A DNA stretch of 52,544 nt. Origin: an uncultured virus (IMG/VR IMGVR_UViG_3300031087_000513) (lineage: Duplodnaviria > Heunggongvirae > Uroviricota > Caudoviricetes). A program made the translations under genes and the position numbers. Location: the IMG/VR virus record IMGVR_UViG_3300031087_000513, one strand, 5' to 3'. Position 1 is the stretch's first letter. The number at the start of each line of letters is the position of its first letter. Below, one piece after another: positions 46,543 through 52,544 of the stretch. The notes under the pieces are model-generated. The model did no database searches, was not told the DNA's origin, and was given only the letters and a program-made list of their open reading frames with translations.

Positions 46543-46980
46543 ATGACAACCTATTACGATTTTTCATCTCTTCGCGCAGGTGACCGCATTCGTTTGTACG
46601 ATCCTGAATACAATAAAGATACTCACCTTCCTGATATCGATTTGGACCCGTGGGAAGAAGACACTCGCATTCCTGAACTGTTTGGTACGGTAATGTCTAA
46701 GCATCGTACAACGAATTTTGGTATGATTCTTGATGTGAAGTTGCAGGATGGGACGTGGGAAACCTTCTACGAGGATGATGATTGGAAGATTGATCTTCTC
46801 AGCACTCCTCAGCAGGTTCTTCTCAACCAACACTACATGTGGAAGAATGCCTCAGGGGTATGGCAGGTTGCAGTCAACGAAGCACAAGGTCAATGGAGCT
46901 ATGAAGGAACTCTTTATAACGAGGAGGGTCTAAAAGCCATCGTCCCTGAGCATGCTTTGCAGTCAATTGTTGCTCGTTGA
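46543..46980 (+). CDS. hypothetical protein
   Basis: GGAG SD before MTTYYD. Confidence 0.7.
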   Translation: MTTYYDFSSLRAGDRIRLYDPEYNKDTHLPDIDLDPWEEDTRIPELFGTVMSKHRTTNFGMILDVKLQDGTWETFYEDDDWKIDLLSTPQQVLLNQHYMWKNASGVWQVAVNEAQGQWSYEGTLYNEEGLKAIVPEHALQSIVAR

Positions 46981-47010
46981 CTTATAGCATTTCTCGTTCT
47001 GTGCGAGTTG

Positions 47011-47349
47011 TTAGAAAGCGAGATATCCAATGAACGTAATCATGCCTAATCCTGCCAGGATGAAGAAAGTCCAAGCGAACGTCGCTACGTATGGGTAGTA
47101 TTTTCTTTGGTCCTCAGGTACTTCGCTGACGGATTTCAAACTGAGTGCATCACGTTCTAATGATACGAAGTCAACCTGCGGGTTTGCTGGCTCTCCTTCA
47201 TGATTCGCCCAGCCTTCGGTCACTGTGGCTCCTGAATCTTGTGCCTGATATTTGTCAATCACATTATACTGGGAAGCGTCAGATGTGTTGATAGCATCAC
47301 GGATTGCTGAAGCTGGAATAATGTTGGAGGATTCGTCAGAGATACTCAA
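47011..47349 (-). CDS. C-terminally anchored membrane protein
   Basis: TTG start, C-terminal TM. Confidence 0.55.
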   Translation of the reverse strand: MSISDESSNIIPASAIRDAINTSDASQYNVIDKYQAQDSGATVTEGWANHEGEPANPQVDFVSLERDALSLKSVSEVPEDQRKYYPYVATFAWTFFILAGLGMITFIGYLAF

Positions 47350-47439
47350 GAGGTTGTCTTTCTGTGAAGGTTCTTCTTATGACTATCAGCGGATGCATTT
47401 CATTTTTGCAGGTTATTTCCTCATGCATGTTACAGTTAT

Positions 47440-47597
47440 GTTCTGGCGGTAACAGCAGCCCATCTTTGAAGTGTCCTAAGCTCCCACGTAGCTGATGCTG
47501 ATGAGAAGGAAGGTTCCTTGTGAATCCTGTTTATTTCGTTTACTCATAGATTATGTGAGCAGGCGTGGGATGTTCGCAGGATTGAATGAGATACATC
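47440..47597 (+). ncRNA. candidate structured cis-regulatory 5' leader RNA (copy B)
   Basis: TCCCACG/CGTGGGA closing stem, AATCCTG/CAGGATT pairing, colinear with 14232..14380. Confidence 0.55.
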
Positions 47598-48035
47598 ATG
47601 ACGAAAAATAACTCGTTGAAGAAGACTGTTCGCGCTCGTGTCGCTGAGACAGGTGAATCCTACATTGTTGCGTTGCAGCATGTTGCTGCTGGGGAATCCA
47701 CTCCGAAACTAAACGCCATGGAATTCGGTGATAATGGTGGTTACTGGTATGTTGAAGGCACTTCGGATAAGCAACTCGCTCTTGCGTTTTTGAAGAAATG
47801 GCTAATTGATACTTATTGGTATGAAGATGGTTTTAATAATGACTGGTTGATGGAAGATTTGCAGCTCCTTGAAGGTGATGCGATTGAGTTCAGAGCAAGT
47901 GATGACTTTTACTTCCGTGACCGAGATGCGTCAGATGAAGGGTATGGAGATATGTTCCTTGAATCCAAATCTGAGTGCCCTGAGAAATACACAGGTCAGG
48001 ACATCATGAGCGGTGTCACTATTAGCATCTACTGA
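47598..48035 (+). CDS. hypothetical protein with N-terminal RAR-x3-TGE-x-Y domain
   Basis: MTKNNSLKKTVRARVAETGESYIVALQHV. Confidence 0.75.
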   Translation: MTKNNSLKKTVRARVAETGESYIVALQHVAAGESTPKLNAMEFGDNGGYWYVEGTSDKQLALAFLKKWLIDTYWYEDGFNNDWLMEDLQLLEGDAIEFRASDDFYFRDRDASDEGYGDMFLESKSECPEKYTGQDIMSGVTISIY

Positions 48036-48120
48036 GCCAGTTACGAAGGTTGCAACAGGTGCTGTTCTCTGCTATGATGCTGTGTACGGCAAGTTATTCA
48101 TCAAACATAGTTAGGTTATC

Positions 48121-48861
48121 ATGCCCTCAGCAGTTCGTTCCACCCGTTTCGGCCTGGAAGTTCAGACCGTTCAGTTTACCAATCCTCGCACGCATCATGA
48201 CATCAACATCATCGGGGTTGTCCACATTGCTCATTCTTCTTTCTGGACTCAGCTGCAGGAGAAGATGAACGAAGCGTCCAAGGATGGTGTCCTGCATCTT
48301 GAAGGTGTGAAGCGTTCCATGGGTCCTCTCCGTGAGAAGGACTCTGAGCGTGTGGATAAGCTGATGAAGATGGCTGGTATCTCTCAGAAGCTTGCAAAGC
48401 TCACCAAGCTCACGTTCCAGAAGGATGCGTTGAAGGTTGACGGTCTGAACGCGAAGAACGTTGATGCTTATGCTGAGGATGTTGCTCTTCGTATTGATGA
48501 GCAGACTCTGGCGAAGATGTCTGCTTCTGCTGAGAAGATTGCGAGCAGCAAGGCGAAGGAAGAGGACCTGGCAACCATCGTCGTGTGGGTGCTGAAGAAC
48601 ATGGGTTGGATTGGCAATGTCCAGAAGTTCGTAAAGTTCTTCTCTCCGACCAGCCTGAGCATGGACAGCGCTATTCTGGACTATCGCAACAAAATTGCTA
48701 TTGGTGAGGCTCTCAAGGAGAAGGAGCATGTCACTCTCGTCTGGGGTGCAGGTCACATTCCTGGCATGACTCGCCTTCTGAAGCGTGCTGGCTACATTGA
48801 GCGCGGTAGCTCCTGGGCTACTGCTGTTCCCAGCTCCTACCAGGTCCCTGCTGCCTCCTAA
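48121..48861 (+). CDS. TraB/GumN (Tiki)-like metalloprotein
   Basis: IG..H.A, LEGV, L..RN, V.WGAGH..GM. Confidence 0.65.
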   Translation: MPSAVRSTRFGLEVQTVQFTNPRTHHDINIIGVVHIAHSSFWTQLQEKMNEASKDGVLHLEGVKRSMGPLREKDSERVDKLMKMAGISQKLAKLTKLTFQKDALKVDGLNAKNVDAYAEDVALRIDEQTLAKMSASAEKIASSKAKEEDLATIVVWVLKNMGWIGNVQKFVKFFSPTSLSMDSAILDYRNKIAIGEALKEKEHVTLVWGAGHIPGMTRLLKRAGYIERGSSWATAVPSSYQVPAAS

Positions 48862-48980
48862 CAGGTTTTTATAAGGCCCTCCACTGCTTCTGTGTGGAGG
48901 GCCTTATTCGTGCTTTGAGCGCTTGCTGAATCAATCTGATCTATGGTACAATTGACTATCTATAGTCAAGGAGTTAGAAC

Positions 48981-49292
48981 ATGAAACTGGTTCGTTATAC
49001 TGGTGAAAGCGACTGGTCAGCATTGTATGTTGACGGGAAGCTGCATACTGTTGGAGACCATTACCTGGTTGATGAAGCCATCCAGGTGCTCGTTGGTGTT
49101 GAAGAGCACCAAAGCGAAGACTTCATGAAGGGTGGGAACTATTCTGAGGATGTTGCGAAGAGCCTTGATGAGCTGAATGAATGGGTAGCAAAGCGTGACC
49201 ATGAGGCTGCTGAGGCTTCCCGTGAAGAGAAGCTTGCGAAGGCTGCTGAGCTGATTGCGGAAGCTGAGAAGCTCCGTCAGGAAGCCGAATAG
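48981..49292 (+). CDS. hypothetical protein
   Basis: AAGGAG SD; DW..LYVDGKL...GDH. Confidence 0.75.
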   Translation: MKLVRYTGESDWSALYVDGKLHTVGDHYLVDEAIQVLVGVEEHQSEDFMKGGNYSEDVAKSLDELNEWVAKRDHEAAEASREEKLAKAAELIAEAEKLRQEAE

Positions 49293-49349
49293 AACTAAGC
49301 TGTGGGCAAGCGGAAGGGCCAAGTGAGTACAATGCTCACTTGGCCCTTC

Positions 49350-49360
49350 TTGTTAGATAT
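49350..49360 (+). promoter_or_regulatory. TYGTTAGRWAT motif
   Basis: TTGTTAGATAT, 5 nt before ATG 49366, directly after hairpin 49313-49349. Confidence 0.65.
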
Positions 49361-49365
49361 AACGT

Positions 49366-50502
49366 ATGACGAAACACATTGCACAATCTGGTAAGAACGC
49401 TGGACAGTGGGTAAATTGCACAGCAGAGCTGCAGTGTACTTTGAAGAGTCGTCATATTGACAATAGCTATTTGCAGGCAACAAAAACTTGGCTCCGTGAA
49501 GAAAAGCAAATCAAGAAGAATATGCCTCAAATCACTCCGCAAGATGTTGATAATTTTATGCAGTCCCCAAACGCAGTCATTCTTGTTGAAGCAGCTGAAA
49601 AGAAAACAGCTATTGGACAAGAACCTGGGGAGAAAGCACTTGAACGTATTCGAGAAGAAACCCGAGTTACTGAACTGAGAAACCGCCTTCGCTATCAAAG
49701 AAATTTTGCTCCTGAGCTGACAACAGAAGCTCAACAAGTTTTTATGAGCGATGAGGAAAAAGAAAAGCGCCGTCTCAGTGAAATGTTGAGTTCTTTCTTC
49801 GGTATCTCTAAAACACCCAAGAAAGATGCATACAAACGTTTACCGTATGATGAGGAAAATCCTCGTGCATACAAGCCTACCAAGTTGTATTACAATGGTG
49901 CAGACGAGCCTTGGTATATCGCGCCTGCCGGTCGCACAGGAATTCAATGTCATAAATGTCAAAATTTTGCCTCTTATGAAGCTGTATCAGAACAGTTGAT
50001 GAAAGGAAGCGTGTCCCATGTGTGTTCACGCTGCGGAACTTCAATTATTCCAGGTGATGAAGGAACGTTTATCAATGACCAAGGTCTGAGAATGCTGGAT
50101 AAGCGCAATGTTGAAAAAGAAGTTTGGTACCATTCCACTCAGAATGCAAATTGGGTTGAAGATATCAGTAAAGAAGACCCCATTGGTGGATTTCCATTAG
50201 CGCACTTCGGTACAAAAACTGCTTCCGAAATGCGAGCTTCACGTCTGTACGCTGAAGAATGGGACAAGCGACCTTTTTACCTGTATGAGCTCCGTGTAAA
50301 GCCTGGCACTTATATCGCAAACTCTATCATAGAGGATGAAGATGAAGATGCGCCTCAGGTATCAAAAGAAATACCTGATAATGTCGTATATAGCAAAAAC
50401 GGCATCACCAGGTATTTCAATTACTGGGAAGACCCAGGTTCAGTAAGTCTTATTTCCTCTGTATCCAACTTTGAAGTTATCAGTAAAAAATCTATGCTAT
50501 AA
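49366..50502 (+). CDS. protein with N-terminal His/Cys tag, central zinc ribbon and C-terminal ADP-ribosyltransferase-like fold
   Basis: WYHST, HFGT..A...R, Y.N..ED.GS.S resemble ART-PolyVal-type domains; CHKC..CSRC. Confidence 0.55.
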   Translation: MTKHIAQSGKNAGQWVNCTAELQCTLKSRHIDNSYLQATKTWLREEKQIKKNMPQITPQDVDNFMQSPNAVILVEAAEKKTAIGQEPGEKALERIREETRVTELRNRLRYQRNFAPELTTEAQQVFMSDEEKEKRRLSEMLSSFFGISKTPKKDAYKRLPYDEENPRAYKPTKLYYNGADEPWYIAPAGRTGIQCHKCQNFASYEAVSEQLMKGSVSHVCSRCGTSIIPGDEGTFINDQGLRMLDKRNVEKEVWYHSTQNANWVEDISKEDPIGGFPLAHFGTKTASEMRASRLYAEEWDKRPFYLYELRVKPGTYIANSIIEDEDEDAPQVSKEIPDNVVYSKNGITRYFNYWEDPGSVSLISSVSNFEVISKKSML

Positions 50503-50635
50503 CAACTGGTTCTTGTACCAGCTTCGCTTCCTCTAAGGAAGGTCCAGGCCAGATGTACTCTAAGTCATCTGGGATGTCAAAACCGAAGATTGGTTTGTAG
50601 ATTTCAGGAGCTTTCTGCACCAGCTTGGATTTGCG
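50492..50635 (-). pseudogene. orphan C-terminal remnant of an MSMEG_6728/pyrimidine-dimer glycosylase gene
   Basis: Translates RKSKLVQKAPEIYKPIFGFDIPDDLEYIWPGP..., matching HKSNLLRKAPELY...IADDLPYIWP at about 51800-51890; no start codon. Confidence 0.75.
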
Positions 50636-50701
50636 TGTTGTACTATCCGCAGCTACTTTTTTGTGAAATATGATACAATATATTAATGAAAAGAGTAGCT
50701 T

Positions 50702-51466
50702 ATGATATGTTCATTAGATTTTTGTAATAAGGAAGTTATTGCTAAGCAAGTTTGTAAGGGTCATTATTCTCAACTGAGAGCTGGACGGCCTTTTAGCCCT
50801 ATCAAGTCGCCTTCTGAATATCTAAAAAATAATCTTTGTTCAGCTACAGACTGTAAAGCTACTGCCAAAACTAAAAAATTGTGCCAACGTCATTACGATA
50901 AAGAACGTAGGGCGAAAAAGGCTAAACCCAAAATTTCCAAGCCTACTATTTGCTATGGGCCTGCATGCGACCGCAAACCTGTAGCAAAAGGTCTATGCAA
51001 TTCTCATTGGGCTCAACTAACAAGACATGGCGAGTTGCGACAAATTGTAACGAACGAAACTATCCTTCAGCGTTTTAATAAAAATATTCAAGAAGATGAG
51101 AATGGGTGTTGGAGATGGATAGGTGCGGGAAGTGGGAAAAACTACGTAGCTGAAACAGGAGAAGGCGGCTACGGACAGCTTCGGTATGCCGGAAAAAGCT
51201 ATATGGCCCATCGTTGGTCATATGAGTACTATAATAAAGTTACCCTACATAAAGAAGACACATTAGATCATTTATGTAGGGTAACCAGATGTTGCAATCC
51301 TGAACATTTGGAAATTGTTAGTAGGTCCGAAAATGTCAAAAGAAAACATTTGTACGAACAATTACGTTCTGAAAATGAGCGTATGAGATTATTTATTACT
51401 TCGTTAGGATACGAACCTAACGTTATATTAGGAGGTGATTATCATCCAGACCTTTCTTCCCTATGA
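50702..51466 (+). CDS. HNH endonuclease with three N-terminal C-x4-C-x9-C-x2-H zinc fingers
   Basis: CW.W.G, GYG, AHR.SYE, DHLCR...CCNP.HLE.V...EN. Confidence 0.9.
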   Translation: MICSLDFCNKEVIAKQVCKGHYSQLRAGRPFSPIKSPSEYLKNNLCSATDCKATAKTKKLCQRHYDKERRAKKAKPKISKPTICYGPACDRKPVAKGLCNSHWAQLTRHGELRQIVTNETILQRFNKNIQEDENGCWRWIGAGSGKNYVAETGEGGYGQLRYAGKSYMAHRWSYEYYNKVTLHKEDTLDHLCRVTRCCNPEHLEIVSRSENVKRKHLYEQLRSENERMRLFITSLGYEPNVILGGDYHPDLSSL

Positions 51467-51952
51467 AGATTTTGCTATGAGTGCTGCTGTACTCGATAGG
51501 CAAAGGCTGGGTAAGTGTAGCAACGTGTAGAGAATCTTCAAATTTTGAAATCTTTACTAGTTGGTGGCGGACTGCATGGAGGCTGGTCAAAACATCCAGC
51601 TTCGCGCATGTGGGAAGGCCATGAACTTGCCTTATTGGAATATCAAGAAGCCATCTGCAGAGAATGGACAGAAGTCCGAGGATATCATGATACATGTTGG
51701 CCAAAGAGCCAAGCTTTCTTTTCTCCGGAAGAATTAGAGCTTTATCGCAAGCATGAATACACCTATCCTGAATGGTACTGTGATCCAGAGTTCCATCTGG
51801 CACACAAGTCTAATCTACTGAGAAAAGCTCCAGAATTATATGCTGAGCATTTTCCTGGCATTGCAGATGACCTACCATATATTTGGCCTGTCTCTTTGAA
51901 AGAAGGAGACGACAAAATAGCTAAAAGAGCAGACAATGATTTAGATAAGTAA
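51435..51952 (+). pseudogene. MSMEG_6728-family / pyrimidine-dimer DNA glycosylase-like gene with 5-bp frameshifting insertion
   Basis: IQTFLPYEDFAMSAAVLDRQRLGK [TGTAG 51516-51520] QRVENLQIL...W.KHPA..MW.GHE; expected ATG is ATC. Confidence 0.8.
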
Positions 51953-51964
51953 GGAGGTGATTAT

Positions 51965-52120
51965 ATGACTGGAAGAAAGCCAGGAGAAAAAGCTCCTACG
52001 GCAGGAATCTACCAGGAGGTTAAAAGAACAGGACAACTCACTGGGAATACTGCTAAAATGGATAAGGGAGAAACCCTTCCTCCAACTGACAAAGGTACTC
52101 GAACTTGGGTAAAAAAGTAA
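51965..52120 (+). CDS. YjzC-like small protein, not in ORF track
   Basis: AAGGAGG SD; MTGRKPGEKAPTAGIYQEV...KGETLPPT...W, 51 aa. Confidence 0.75.
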   Translation: MTGRKPGEKAPTAGIYQEVKRTGQLTGNTAKMDKGETLPPTDKGTRTWVKK

Positions 52121-52157
52121 ACAAATAAATTAGGGGTGCAAGAGTATTTTGCACCCC

Positions 52158-52201
52158 CTAATGCAGAAAACCCAGCAAATATGCTGGGTTTTCTGCATTA
52201 G
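52158..52201. terminator. terminator hairpin, 20-bp stem, abutting a second hairpin at 52130-52160
   Basis: CTAATGCAGAAAACCCAGCA and its complement. Confidence 0.8.
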
Positions 52202-52212
52202 CTTTTTGTGAC

Positions 52213-52320
52213 TTACGAAGCATCTTTCAGTGCGGCAATGGCAGCGGTAGCACCTTCGTAGTAGGCATTCGCTGCAGCCGGGTCAAGCACATCATTCTTG
52301 TTCACAGTGTTTTCACTCAA
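52213..52320 (-). CDS. possible 35-aa protein
   Basis: TTG overlaps the DUF3039 stop; MSENTVNKNDVLDPAAANAYYEG... Confidence 0.35.
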   Translation of the reverse strand: MSENTVNKNDVLDPAAANAYYEGATAAIAALKDAS

Positions 52321-52544
52321 TCGCTCAGTCCTTCCATGACTTCTTTACATTCAGGGCATACAGGGAACTTCGTGAAATCTCTGGTGGGGATGTCCTTCTT
52401 CCCACAGAGAGCAGTAATCTCCGCGCCATCAAAATAAGCTCGCTCAATGTCATCCTTGCGGAAGTAATGCGCGAAACGCTCATGGTCATCAGAGTCAGTG
52501 GTTTTGAAGATAGTTTCAATTTCTTCGTCAAGAAGCGTACTCAT
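52317..52544 (-). CDS. DUF3039 family protein
   Basis: DHERFAHY.RK..I......G....ALCGK...P.RD..KFPVCPECKE. Confidence 0.9.
   Translation of the reverse strand: MSTLLDEEIETIFKTTDSDDHERFAHYFRKDDIERAYFDGAEITALCGKKDIPTRDFTKFPVCPECKEVMEGLSD

Noticed and set aside
50650..51520. Group I intron containing the HNH gene
   Set aside because: The flanking glycosylase pieces are on opposite strands and overlap in content, so they cannot be exons; no intron core is recognisable.
1..52544. CRISPR array, tRNA or rRNA genes
   Set aside because: No regularly spaced direct repeats or cloverleaf/T-loop signatures seen by eye; the hairpins are unrelated in sequence.
1..52544. Genome-wide stop-codon reassignment
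   Set aside because: TAA, TAG and TGA all end recognisable full-length genes; only one suspicious in-frame TGA was found.

Overview
A 52.5 kb stretch of densely packed, mostly short genes that switch strand often. There are no structural-phage, rRNA, tRNA or CRISPR features. It looks like the accessory region of a very large actinobacterial phage or giant extrachromosomal element, most likely of a Microbacteriaceae/Micrococcales-type host (leaderless TGnTAnnnT/TTGACA promoters, DUF3039, MSMEG_6728-family glycosylase, actinobacterial-type IscA and RnpA). Recognisable products include RNA/tRNA repair enzymes (RNA ligase, 2H phosphoesterase, HAD, HD, RnpA), nucleotide enzymes (PurA-like, two Nudix, SLOG, calcineurin-like), two ADP-ribosyltransferase-fold proteins, SprT-like proteases, three pilin-like CBM proteins, an RCC1-repeat secreted protein, a VWA protein and two endonucleases. 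The most notable structure is regulatory. (1) Five unrelated effector-like genes share both an upstream TYGTTAGRWAT motif and an N-terminal Cys-Cys-His tag. (2) A CGATA motif precedes most exported-protein genes and, in the three pilin-like genes, is embedded in covarying terminator hairpins. (3) A conserved covarying RNA leader precedes two genes sharing an N-terminal RAR-x3-TGE-x-Y domain. (4) An HNH cassette is flanked by a frameshifted glycosylase gene and an inverted remnant of a second copy. All family calls are from motif recognition only; no searches were run.
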